Part shown: one piece after another, positions 21,880-35,046 of the stretch
Layout of the letters: each line of letters begins with the position of its first letter
How positions within the stretch are numbered: position 1 is the first letter of the stretch
Assembly: GCF_902459465.1 (NCBI RefSeq)
Contig: NC_047075.1
Span: 4,092,001 to 4,156,000 of the forward strand
DNA from: Asterias rubens
Lineage: Eukaryota
Direction: 5' to 3'
Length of the DNA: 64,000 nucleotides
The notes under the pieces: model-generated
Databases searched by the model: none
The model's input: only the letters and a program-made list of their open reading frames with translations
What the model was told of the DNA's origin: nothing
Position numbers and translations under genes: made by a program

Positions 21880-24560
21880 GGCTGTCCTTCTCACCTGTGG
21901 AAGATTCTACACACAGTCCCCCTCCAAACACTTCTTCTTACTTCCTCATCTCAGAGAATCTCTCTGCATATTTATCCACAGTCTCATTTTGTGAGACACA
22001 CTCCCCATCTCATGACATCATTTTGGTGTCAGGGATAAAATCACCCCAAGGTAAGTGTAAGTGTCTACGTCCGTATACATGGTTATGTTTACAGTGTCAG
22101 AAATACTTACACCTTGTTACGCGTTTAGTGGTTAGCATTTTTGTATTATTAGTAATTAATAAGGTACAAATATTAATAAGCATGATAGTTAATCTAGAAT
22201 GGTATTTGGTACATATCAATTTTATTATTTGTTTGTTTATGTATTTTTTTTTTTTTTTTTTTTTTTTATATTTCCTGTGTCAGCCCCCATGACTCTTGTC
22301 TCATTGATGATGTTAGTAATTTTTTTTGGGTGCTGTCAATCCTTACTTCGTAAAAAACCTCTTCTTCTTATCTATACTGTGTAATTTGATCTCTTTTTCT
22401 ATCAACACCTTCACGACAATCTGTTTTGTCAGGGGTAACAAACTCAAGGTAAGTTTCTGTACCTGGGTATGGTTGCCAATGTCAGTTATGTCTTATAATT
22501 GTGATAATATCTTAGGCGTACCCCGAGTGTAAAACATAATATTGGTGTTAGTTATTTTGTAAGTAGTAAATAATGTTCAATTATATCGGTATTAGCATGG
22601 TAAATAAGTACGTGTAGTCTATGGTGCAAATATCTATTGGGCTTTTTACATTTCCCCCAATTTGGAAAATTTTCCTTTCTCATCCCAACATCTCCTTAAT
22701 CTATTTGTGTGAAAGCTGAATAGGGAACTTCTTCTTGGAAAGTCTTTCTTTTGTCTTATCTTAAAACTAAGTCTCTTCTCAATCTATGGACTCTGTATCT
22801 CTTTGTCTAAGATGCACTCCCGCATGTCAGGGAGAACAAACTCAAGGTAAGTTTCTGAACATGTATGGGTTTGTTACCATAGCCTGTGTCAGAAATATTT
22901 ACAACTTGTTCTGGCTTAATCTTATGTGTGGTTTGATAATAAAACGGTAGAGTTTTAGTGTTAATAATTTTGTAAGTAGTAAATAATGTACAAGTATAAT
23001 TAGCATGGTAAATAAGTAAATGTAGTCTATGGTGCAAATAACTATTGGGCTTTTACATTTCCTCCGAATGTTAACACTTTTCCTTTCTCATCCCAAAATC
23101 GAGGCATTTCTTCTTGGGAAAACCTTTCTTTTGTTTTATCTTATAAAAATGTCTCTTCTCAATCTATGGTCTCTGGAACTCCTTGTCTAAAGGTGCACTC
23201 CTGATGAAAATTTACTTTTGTCAGGGATAACCAACTTAAGGTAAGTTTATGTACAGAATGTGTTGGTATGTTGGTAATATCTAATTTTAGTGGTTAATAT
23301 TTGTGTAGGTAGTTAATAAGGTACAAGTTTATCAGTATTATCATGAAGTCCATGGTGCAAAATAACTATTGGGCTTTTAATATTTCCCCCAATGTGGACA
23401 CTTTTTCTTTCTCATTCCAGCAACTTATGTCTCTTGTCCTAAGCATAATTATTTGTGTGAAATACTGAATAGGGAATTTCTTCTTTGAAAGCATTCCTTT
23501 TGTCTTTTCTTATATCAGTGTCTCTTCTCAATCTATGGACTCGGTATCTCTTTGTCTAAGAGGTATTTCCGCTTGTCAGTGATAACCAACTCAAGTCCTT
23601 AGTTTTTCGATGTGAGATAATTACCAGACAGTTTCTTCTTATCTTATTTTTCTTATCTTACAAATGTTTCTTCGCTTCCCTATCTATAGATAGAGGAGAT
23701 AAGAGACGTTCTAAAAATAAGAAAAACATAGACTCCGGATCTCCTTATAAGATGCATTCCCCACCCAATGACATTATTTTGTGTTATAATGGATATAACC
23801 AATTCAAGATAAGTTTCCGTACATGTACAGGTACACATAAATAATTGTCTTTAATTCTGGTAATCTTTTATGTGTATTGATTACTTTATATCAGATATAA
23901 GTTCAATATTATTGTTAGTACTTTTCTTTTCTTTTTTATGACACCTTTTTTTTTATCCATGTCTCTTGTCCTCAATGGTCAGTGTAAGACCCTCGGTTTC
24001 CTTAGCTGCCACTTGTTAACGCATGTATTGGTATGTTTAGAGAGTAAAAAGTTAGGTACAAGTCAGTATTACGGTATGGTACGTGTAGATGGTGCAAAGT
24101 ATTGTGTATTTTTGTAATTCTCTTCTCCCCTTTTGGCCAATTTCCTTTTCTCATCCCACTTGACTCTTGCCTTAATCGATGTGAGATAATTACGAGACAG
24201 TTTCTTTTTTTTTCTTATCTTAAAATGTGTCTTCTCTGCTCTATCTATAGATAGAGAATTAGAGACATTTGAAAATAAGAAGAATGTGGACTCTAGATCT
24301 CCCCCCCCCCCCCCCCCCCACAGCAACACACACCCACACATGATATTATTTTGTGTTATCATGGATAATCAATTCATGGTTAGTGTCTGTACATAGGTAC
24401 ACATAATTGTCTCAAATTATTGTATTTTTGTTATGTGTATTGTACATTGTTGTCCTCAACGGTCGGTGTAAGACTTTGGGCTGCTATTTCACTCTAAACG
24501 TCCCCTATCTAACCCACTGGTTTCCCTGACTAGTACCTGTCTCAGACAGGTAAGTGTGTG
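21880..24560 (+). repeat. Degenerate ~398-bp tandem array of exon/intron-like units
   Basis: Recurrent TCAGGG...AACTCAAG|GTAAGT at 22051, 22449, 22847, 23241, degenerate at ~23595, 23809, 24379; shared ATGGTGCAAA...ATTGGGCTTTT. Confidence 0.8.
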
Positions 24561-24957
24561 CACCTGTCAGTTGCCACACCCATTTAGTAACAGGTGGCAA
24601 TGACTGTTTACTCGTACATCGTGAATGATTGTTTTTGTTTTCTCTCTGGTCAGCTTTTCAACCCAATGCACTAGAGTCCTCCCTTTCACTTCAAGAGGTA
24701 TCTATTGGGCTGCCCTAAACTACAGATCCTCTCCTGTCCTTATAAAGCCCACCTTGATGGATATGAATTTAGAAAGAAATAGATGGTGCACAATCTATTT
24801 TATTCCTAAATTCAGATTCCTATTTCTCTACTACCCTCTTTCTTCCATTTATTTCCGAATCCTTTGCCTTGTCATGAATCAGGTGTGTGCGAATAAGGAA
24901 TAAAGGCTACTCTACACATTGGATGCTTCAGAAAAGGAAACGAAGAAAACATTTTGA

Positions 24958-25160
24958 GCAATCATCATCGTCATCATCAGGTCGAGCGTGCTCATGTTTC
25001 CTTGCCAAGTTTCTTCCATCTTTCTCTGTCGCTCATTGCATTTGGTAGATCTTCGACCTGCATCCGGTATCCACCAATAGTCAATATAGGTCTTCTTTGG
25101 GCGTCCTGGTGTTTTTCTGCCACGGATGGGTCTCCGATACAAAGTAGAACATGCTCTACA
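24958..25160 (-). mobile_element. RTE-type LINE 3' end fragment
   Basis: Two frames give PIRGRKTPGRPKKTYID and EDLPNAMSDRERWKK..., followed by a (TGA)n tail, typical of RTE-like C-termini. Confidence 0.75.
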
Positions 25161-27884
25161 CATTGGATGCTTCGATTTAGAAAAGGAAACGGGGGATTAA
25201 TAATCATCTTGAGATCAGGAAAATCCATGAAAATGGCAAAATTGAAGGACAGTGATAAACTCTGTGAGAACACTACATTTTTTTCCAAAAGCTTAATACA
25301 GTCATAATTTTTGTATTGTATTTATAATTAAATAAGTTCGCATGTAGGCCTAATTAATTTGTAAGCTCAATAGTTAATTAGTTAAATAAATGAGGAGTGA
25401 ATGAGCATCGGTGAGTTAATGGATGGGCGATGGATGCATAGGTTGCTGAACAACAATAAAATGGAACTTGAGTAAATTGGTTTGATTAAATGTACTTAAA
25501 TAAAATCTAGGTAAATAAAACAAATTCCACCAAACATAAAAATTGCAAACAAACATTCACGCAATTTACAACAGCAAACGCATCGCACTGCTAACGCTAA
25601 AGCGCAGCTTTGGACAAAATTGAGCCCTTACATGCTCAAAGATGGAAATCATTAATGAGATGAGGTTATCATTAATGTCTTAATGATATACCAACAACAA
25701 TAATTGACTCAGATCACTGATCAAATGTGAGAAATCTTCAGGCAGTGACGCCACGCCCAACAAAGACAACTCCAACATCAGTGTCAAATCGACCACACCC
25801 ATGTATGGGTTTTTCGTCACATCCACCAATAAATCACCAACGCGAGTTGTTCTGCCACACCCAGAAAGGACCAAATTATCGAGTAATCGCGTAGTTTAAC
25901 CACGCCCATCAAAAACACCCATAAATCATCAATGTGGGTGCGACATTTAACCACGCCCATCAATCAAGAAATGATCAATGTGAATGTGTCAATCAACCAC
26001 GCCCATCAATGTTACCCAATAAGTTGTCTATGTGAATTTGCGTCAATATTGTTAACCACGCCCACCAAAGACATCCAAGAAATCATCAATGCGAGTGTGC
26101 CGTATACCACGCCAAGAAAGGATTATGAGAATGCATCTTAAACCACACCCTGAAGAGAAAGGATGGACAAAAAACATTAATGTGACTTTATCAATATTGT
26201 TAATATCTAACTTTTCAGTGGAGTAAAACAGGCTGAACAAAAGTAATGTTGCTTGTGTGTCAAAAATAGAACAGACACATTGTTGTGTACAATTTTTGAC
26301 TCTAGGATATTAAATTGGTGCTAAGTTGGTGTTACGTTAATTTGGTTTGCAATTTTGCAATAATGTTAGCTTCAACCTCATGGTCACAACTTTAATGTAG
26401 TGATTAATTATTGTGTAATGATGCATTGGCATGACTTAGAGGAAATTATGTACAACGTATACAACTCTTCAGAGCCGTTGGGCCACCACAATCGCATAAT
26501 TTGTTATCGACACTGAAAAAAACATCGAGGGAGAACTTGTCACCTGGAAACAACTTAATTATTCCAAAGGAGAAAACATTTGAATGTATGCAAATAGTGA
26601 ACAACTAAGGACGTAAAATGGAACGTTTTGAACAATGGGGCGCATAACTATCATTCCGCTATGCGATGAGAAAGCAAATCCAATCACAAAACATCGTACA
26701 ACACCCAAAAAAATTTACACGGATAAAAAAACGCTAAATTAATAATGTTCTTAGTGTTGTTTTTAATAAACTGATAAAAAAAAACATGTATGAAGTGATG
26801 AATGGTGAGAATTGGAATGTGGCAGTGTAAACAGTATAACAGTAAACATATTAATAGTAAACATATTTCTTTATTTATAAACGAATAAATAAATAAGTTA
26901 ACAAGTACGGAGCAGCTCTTGAAAAGTACTTTTTACCGAAGGGTAATTAGTAGTGCGAGGTTCTGGAATGGTCTCCGTGGTGCCGAAACTTGGGGTTAGT
27001 TGGGAGATCTTCAAAAGCTTCTTTGCGCTTACCAACCTGCGGAGAAGATGAGAAGGGCTGCCAAGTTGGCGTAGTGTTATCTTTCCCCATCTTCCACACC
27101 TCTATAGGACCCTGGTTCGAATCACGCAAGGGACACTACAAAAAAACGCAAGAACACATAAGTGCCGAGACTACTACGAGGATTTAGGTTTTCTGTCCCT
27201 GCCTGGCTGATTGGGTTTGCCATGGATTCATTCTCTGAGGTTTCCTCCCACATCTAACAATGAAACGTCTGTCCTTGTCTTCTTTCCAGTTGGTTCTTGA
27301 CTGGTACTGATAATTGAGTTCATTTTTGTCTTCTTCTGAGAGAGAGTCATTATCTTCACAATCAGGAAAAAGTGAAAGGATCAATCAAAGGTCTGATGAG
27401 GAATGTGTAAAGATAACTTGAACTTCTCTTGTCTGCTCAACTGTTTACATTCTGCATTCATTTGAAGATAATTTTATTTCATAATAGAGTAGGCCTAGCC
27501 TAAATGCAAAATAATATCAGTTTAAAATAAAGTAGCCTATGTATCAACGTAAAATATAAACAAGAGTGCGTGCATGCAATGTGAATGTTTAACTGGTTGG
27601 TTGACTGATGGGTGACATTCTAATTTCAATAAACTGCTGATTAATAGTTTATTTTAATCAATACTAAGTTCATGCAGTCAAACATGTTTCATTAAAACAC
27701 AATTCTTCGTCAACACGCGTGCTAAGCGAATGTTACATGGTAAATGAACAATATGAACATTAACTTTTGGACCATTTTGACACTCGATGGATTTAAACTT
27801 TAAGGAAATTAGCAATAGTATGCGCAAATGGATATAGCTTGTACTACTTTGCTGTAGATTCAAGACATTGACACATTTTAACTG

Positions 27885-28680
27885 CACTGGATACTTCTGT
27901 GGATATACCTCACTGGATATAAATCAATGGATATATCTCTATGGATATACTCACCGGATATACCTCACTGGATATACCTCACTGGACATAAATCAATGGA
28001 TATACCTCACTGGATATACTTCACTGGATATACCTCAATGGATATACCTCACTCGATATACCTCAATGGATATACCTCGTAATTAATAACTCAATGGATA
28101 TAATTATCTCACTGGATATACCTCACTGGATATACCTCACTGGATATACCTCACTGGATATACCTCACTGGATAATCTCAATGGATATACTCACCGGATA
28201 TACTCACCGGATAAACCTCACTGGATATACTTCACTGGATATACCTCACCGGATATAACTCAATGGATACACTTTACTGGATATACCTCAATGGATGTAC
28301 CTCCCTCGATATACCTCAATGGATATACCTCAATGGATATACCTCCCTCGATATACCTCATGGGATATACCTCACTGGATACCTCACTGGATACCTCACT
28401 GGATATACCTCACAGTGGATATACCTCACTGGATACAACTCAGTGGATATACCTCAGTGGATATACCTCACTGGATATACCTCAATGGATATACCTCAAT
28501 GGACACTCCTCACTGGATATACCGCATTTGATATACCCTAATGGATATAACTCCCTGATGGATATAACTCACTGGATATACATCACTGGATATACCTCAT
28601 TGGATATACCCCCAACGGATATAACTCACTGGATATACCCCGATGGATATAACTCACTGGATATACCTCACTGGATAAAG
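27885..28680. repeat. 14-bp minisatellite (TGGATATACCTCAC)n, ~55 degenerate units
   Basis: Directly visible tandem repeat. Confidence 0.95.
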
Positions 28681-30479
28681 GTCCTACCTTAAAGTACCGT
28701 AACTCAAGCAGAGATGGACCACAGCGTCCACAATCTGTGAAAGATAAACCACCAAGTCTTTGTTGAGAAAGAGCAGCAAATCACAAACAATAATAATAGT
28801 AAAACTATACCATTAAAATAATCAATATAAACCACAAGGGAAAAATCATTTAAACAAATTAATTATCAATGTAAACCACGAGGGAACAAAATCATTAGAA
28901 AAAATGTATCATGTTATGTTATGTTGTAGTTTTTACATTTTAGGTTAATTTTTTTAAGGAAAAGTTATTTCCCAACAAGAAACGGGTGAACAACTAATCG
29001 GGACATTTGAAAGTGAACAGTTCCTCAAATCAAGACCTTGTGCCTTCTACAATGAAGAAAAACAGCAACCAAATCTTCAAATCTGGAAGTGACAGCACGT
29101 GAAAACACTATTGCAAGTGGTTTCTTTTATTGAACATTTGACTTTAAAGAAATCAGCAGAACTGTGCCAGTCGAGAAGGACAGTGGCAAGGACAATACTT
29201 TACAACTTGTATCCCGCCCCGAACAAGATCAAGCGCATAAATAACACATTACACAAATTCAACATAATTTCAATTTAAAACAGTCATAAAAACGCTAAGA
29301 AAAACCGAAAACACCGTTAAAATTGTCGTAAATAAATTTAATAAAAGTTTAATAAAAACGTATTCGAGACATTGAGATGAGTTGAAAGAGATGGTTTTCG
29401 TGTGACGTGTAAGAGTGGATAAAAAAGGGTTTAAATAAACAAACTTAGGTAAAAAATAATAAGTAATGTAAACTTAGGAATTTGGTCAGAGGTCAGAGTA
29501 AACCATGTTGTAATTGGTGGGATGGAATCGCTCAAGGAAGGGCGCCTGTCTTTGCAGTCAAGTTGTTCATCACATCATCTCTTTGGCAAGGGATTTATTC
29601 CTCATCCTCAAGAATGTGTAGTCTGATTTGTTTTTAATCAGACAACTTTTTCTTTCTAAGTCGTCACAACTCTCAAACTCTTTTCTGCTGTCTTTTCCTT
29701 TGCAAAGTACTTCAGTGTTCTAAATCTTTGAAATCATGGTGTCTTGATTCAAAATCACATTCAGCCTTTCACTAATGTGGATAGATGCACCAGGTAAGTT
29801 TTCTCTTATACTATGGGAAACCATAGGCACCAATTTTCTTCCTCCTGTGATCTTAAAATATTTCGTCTTTGTCTATGAAAGAGATTGAAGATACATAGCG
29901 GGTGTCGGTTTGTTGACCTTGGAAGGGAAGCTTTATGTTGCATAAACGGTAAGTGTGTAAAATACGGGCACTCTTCATTCCAACTGCGGCACTATAGGCA
30001 TGACTTTATTATCTTCTTTTTTGCAAAATACTCTATTGTTATAACTTCTTTGTTTCTGGCTGTGAATACAGACTTTATTCATCTTTGAAAATGGCTCAAT
30101 ATTATCCTTCCGCCTGTACGAAAACTTGAAACATTACATGAAGGCTCCAACGCCAGAAGGTTAACGTCAATGAGGGTGCTACTTCAAATCCATGCTCAGC
30201 GAAAAGATGTTCGCAGGTAGGCTCAATATTGTCAGTGTTGTCTTCATCTTGGCAAAGGGATAGTAAATCTTCAAGATGGCAAGGATGCGGGCTTGTGGAC
30301 CAAAACGTTTACTTTCTTATCACAGTGAAACGCATCTCATTGCATCATTGTCCAGCTCGGAAAAATTTCAACGAAACAAGGCTGGCAGTACATGCTTTTG
30401 AAACAAAAAGGAGCCAATTTGGAAAGTGAAAACGTCATCTTTGGTAGTGGCACAGAACCACCTGCAATTTTGAGGTCTG

Positions 30480-30960
30480 TTTAATGTAGAATATATGAAC
30501 TAATTAGGTCTAGGTCTAGTTTAAACGTAACACATCTTGGAGTGAGAACATGATACGACATGAGTGTGAGTGAGTGATACGGATGAAATGGCTGTATCAG
30601 CTGAATGACATTTGATTGGTTGAAGGCGGAAGTGTGATCGAAATATTCAACGAACACAATGGGGAGGGGTTAAATTAGTTTAAACGAACACGATTAAACT
30701 GACACTACATTTACAAACATCAAACACTAACCCAATCAGTCAATCAGATAACAACGTCTTGCGTTAACACGTGACATCCTTTAGAGTTTGCGCACTGCGA
30801 ACATGAATCAAAAACATTACGTCATCGCATGAACGTCAATGAATACACCAATCAGGATCGCGACTCAGAGGATTCAGCGTCAACTCATGAATAACCATCA
30901 CCCGCTCTGGAAACTACGGAAACTGTCTGATGACAGTGGATATAAGATTGGAATACTGAA
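30480..30960. promoter_or_regulatory. Promoter-like island (CCAAT boxes in both orientations, CACGTG E-box, TACGTCA CRE-like site)
   Basis: GATTGG ~30615, CCAATCA ~30732 and ~30848, CACGTG ~30768, TTACGTCA ~30817, CpG-rich. Confidence 0.4.
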
Positions 30961-32149
30961 CTCTGTGTCGAGGTTTATTACATTTTTAAGTTATAAGTAA
31001 GCAATGCAAGGATAATGATCATTAGCGAGAGAGCTGCATGTCGACATTATGTTGTTCATGATAATATCATCGAGACAAATGTGGAAGCTTCAGTAAAAAC
31101 TGTTTTATTTATTTATTATGTGAGTTCAGCAAAAGTCGACAATGGAAGAAGCCGCTGACAAACGGTTTCTTCAAAGATGGAAAGCTTTTTATGGAGGCTT
31201 TGTGCAGCCAAATTTTGCTACTGTTTGCTAAAATAATGTTGTTGTGAAAAACTGTATTATAGAGTTGTTCATATTGTGCATTTGAGTGTCATATTAAGTG
31301 GAAAAGAATAGGTTGGCATGGAGGCTCTGTGCAGCCAAATTGTGTAATTAATTTTGTTTTATTTAAAGGATACGTTGTTTGTGAGTTTTTATTTTGTTTT
31401 TTATTATAGAGTGGTCTTGTATGTATTTTGAGTATCATAAGTGTGAAAGTCATAAATAAAGCAGGTTTTATTAGTCGATGGGAGGCTCAGTGACAACTGT
31501 TGCAATTCAAAAGGCCTTCGTAAAACGTGAGTTACCAGTTACGTCGACATTGGGAGAAGTCACTATAAAATAAGAGATTAAAAATTCTTCCGGCGATAAA
31601 ATTATTGCCAAATTTGTGCGTTTTGTGTTTTGTTAGAAAATTGTGTTGACTGTGTACTGTGTGGGTGTCATAAACAATTATGACAAGTGTGAAAATCATA
31701 AACATATGACTTTGGTGGTTTATATTAATAGTCATAAAAAAAGGTCAGTTTTATTTCAGGAAATAGTTGTCTTTTAATTTTAATACGGAAGTATCAAAGA
31801 GGACGAAGCGTCTACTGAAAATTGCAATATTAGCGCGAATAAAAAAATCTAACCTCTACAGAATGCGGGGCTATTCGCCATCGGATAGGCCTACTCTACA
31901 GGAAAATCAGCTAGGAACTTGTTGGAAAACAGCAGTATTGTTGGTCAAGGCACGGTGAACTTCGTTGAATTCAAGGTACTAAATTTAACATAGGCCTATG
32001 TTTGAGTTATCCTAGGCCTAATTTTAGTCTTTGTATTGTCTAGGCCTATATATAATTTTCCAGAATCAAGGCCTATGTAATTTTGTATCACAGTCAGGCC
32101 TACAGGTTATTGTAGTTTATAATGGGTAGTATGATACTTTTATATTGTT

Positions 32150-32760
32150 TGTTTAAAAACAGATTTACTTAAAGAGGGAAAGATTAACTTGGGAAAGAAC
32201 AAATCGGTCAGGACAACATTGTTAGGTGAGGAAGAGACGGCTGTGTGGGGAAATGGAGGAGGCCGTTTCAAATATAAAAATAATAGGCTTAGTTTATATT
32301 ATTGGCTAGCAAAGCTATAAATTGATACCTTAAAAAAAATTAAGAATGATTTACTTTGAAAAGGAAAGAACAAATCGAGGAGGACAACATTGCTATAATA
32401 TGGGAAATGGAGGAGGCCGTTTCAAAAATAAAAATAGCAGGCTTAGTTTATATTGGCTAGCATAGCTATAATAATTGATACCTTTTTAAAAAAAAAAAGT
32501 TTAAAATTATTTACTTTGAAAGGGAAAGAACCAATCGGTCAGGACAATATTGTTAGGTGAGGAAGAGACGGCTGTGTGGGGAAATGGAGGAGGCCGTATC
32601 AAAAATAAAATAGGCTTATTTTATATCGGGTAGCATAGGTTTAATAATTGATATTTGTTAAGAATAATTTACTTTGAAAAGGAAAGAACAAATCGGTAAG
32701 GACAACATTGTTAGGTGAGGATTGGACGGCTGTGTGGGGATGGAGAAGGCCGTTTTAACA
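32150..32760. repeat. Four tandem ~160-185 bp units
   Basis: ATTTACTTTGAAA.GGAAAGAACAAATCGG..AGGACAACATTG...GGAGGAGGCCGTTTCAAA at ~32164, 32349, 32509, 32667. Confidence 0.9.
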
Positions 32761-33217
32761 TAATAACTTTAAGTGAAAGATCTTAGAAATTATTTGTTCC
32801 AACAAATTATATTTTTGTTTAACACTTATCAAATTAATTTACTAATCACTGAATATGTTTTTTTTAGTATATTAATAAGAGTAGGCCTATTGTAGAAGAT
32901 CAACCGAACACAAGAAAAATAGCCGTAATAAAATTCCCTTACGGAAAATAGATTTACCAATTTCTCCTCTAAAAATACAATTATTTTCCCCGATAGAGTG
33001 CACTGGAATGTAACGTTGTGTGCAAGATGCACTTGTGATGTGTTACAATAGCCCACTATCAACTTGTTTTGGAAAAAGTAAGTCAACAAAAGTAAGCAGA
33101 TGAAATAATTATGCACTTTGCATAAATTAAAAATGACAATTTTCGCCTTTATTGTTATTTTTGTTTATACTAATGTTTGTATGCATAATAGTAGTGACAT
33201 TAATGCTTTCACATCAA

Positions 33218-34468
33218 TTTGCATACAAAACTCTCTTGAAACCCTCCAAAACAAAGTATTAAAAAATGGAAAAGTGAAGTAAGGAACATAATAATAAGCA
33301 TGCATAATTTGCATAAAGTTAACAATAAATACAATTTTCGTTTTTCGCCTTTATGTTTACTATAATAAGTGCACGTTGCAGACTGGATATGATTGTCACA
33401 TTAAATTTTCAGTGTCCCTGAAACCATCCCCCCCCCCCAAAAAAAAAAAAAAATAAATAAATAAATATTTTTTGAACAATATTCAAAGAATCAAAGGTGC
33501 CAATAATTATTTAAATTCAATTTGTTTAATTAAAATTAAGTGCGTTTTAGGCACTTACGAAAAATAAACGTTATTGGCTGCGCCTTTAAATGTTGTTTGA
33601 CGGCTTTGGACTTGGCACCATGGGTCAGAAGATGTTAGGGGGTTCACAGTACTTTACAAAATTATTATGCTTGGGCCTGGTCTAAAGGGGTTCCAGTATA
33701 AACTTATTTATTTAGGATTACGTGCGGATTTCAATACACTACAAATTAATATGATTATTTGACTGCCCCTTTAAATTATTTGACGCCTTGGACGGGGCAC
33801 GACTGGGTTAAAATAGGGAGCTTCCAAATTTACACAGTTATGCATAACCCGGTCCGGGGTTTTATATTGTTAATTAGGTTTATTTAATTATAATTATGTC
33901 CGAAAATTAAATAATTATGTTATTGTCCTGGCCCTTTGAAAATGTTTGACGCCTTGGACCGGGGGACGACATGACAGAAGATAAAAATGGAGGTCCAATT
34001 TTTACCAAAAAACAAATAAATTGTGTTCCAGTATTACATGCACATTGATGAAATAATTATTGACTGTTGAACCACCTATACTATTTTCTGACCCGTGCCC
34101 AGTCCAAAAGGTGTCCGAACATCGCAGGGAGCAGTCGAATATTAATTTTATTGTTGGTGCTTAATACGCAAATCATTTTAATTAAATACATTTGATTTAA
34201 ATATATTGGTGCCTGTGATACTTTGAATAATCTGTGATACTTTGTTTTGGTTGTTTTCAAGTGACAGTTTCGTATTAATTAAGCAATTTGAGTGAACATA
34301 TTATATAATTAATATGATTGTTTGCTATTTTCAGGGTGTCTGATAATAGTAAATGGAGGCGAAACTGCAATTTTCTGTTTATTATGCAAATTATGCATAT
34401 TTCCCTTGCTAACTTGTGTCTTCTTTTTGATAATGTTGTTTTGTAGGGTTTTAAGAGACTTTTGCAAA
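33218..34468. repeat. Imperfect 1.25-kb inverted repeat (foldback), axis ~33854
   Basis: Arm pairs 33218/34468, 33495/34213 and 33606/34107 all place the axis at ~33.85 kb. Confidence 0.75.
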
Positions 34469-35046
34469 CGAAATCATTTCTGTTGCAATGTTTGTCTAGA
34501 AGGCCAAGCCATTTTTTGCTACAAGTTAAACAGCGCCCTCATACTCCCAAAATTTGCGTGGGCACGCCTAGTCTTTTATACAAGCAACTTATATTATTAA
34601 TAATAGTGACAAATGTGTTGCAAACAAATAATAAATGATTTAACTATTTTAAATACATTGTTTTTTATTGAAATGAGACTTTTATGAAAATTACTTAAGG
34701 TTTTGTAGATTTATGTTGAGTTTGGCTTATTATTTTTGTTTAACAATAGACAAGTGGACTTGGCAAGTCTAAATCTTACCTCGAATAGAGACTGTTGCCG
34801 TCCCGGTTCGTGCCAAAACAAATTAAAATGTAACATATTTCCATGTTTTCCATAGAAGTGACCGCGAAAAAGTCCATTATTTCATGAAGGTTGGCAATTC
34901 TGTTGGTTACTGAAGTGGCAGGTAAGTTTTATTTTGTCATCAGTCATTGCTTATGTACAAAAATTACAATAAAAATAATAGTTTTTCAAGTTGCCCAGTT
35001 CTCGGACACATACATGTATTGATTGCAAACGAAACGTAACATAACG

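Noticed and set aside
27868-28692. Overlapping W/Y-rich ORFs (GYTSLDIPQWIYL repeats)
   Set aside because: Artefact of a 14-bp minisatellite with few stops in any frame; no splice context or known domain.
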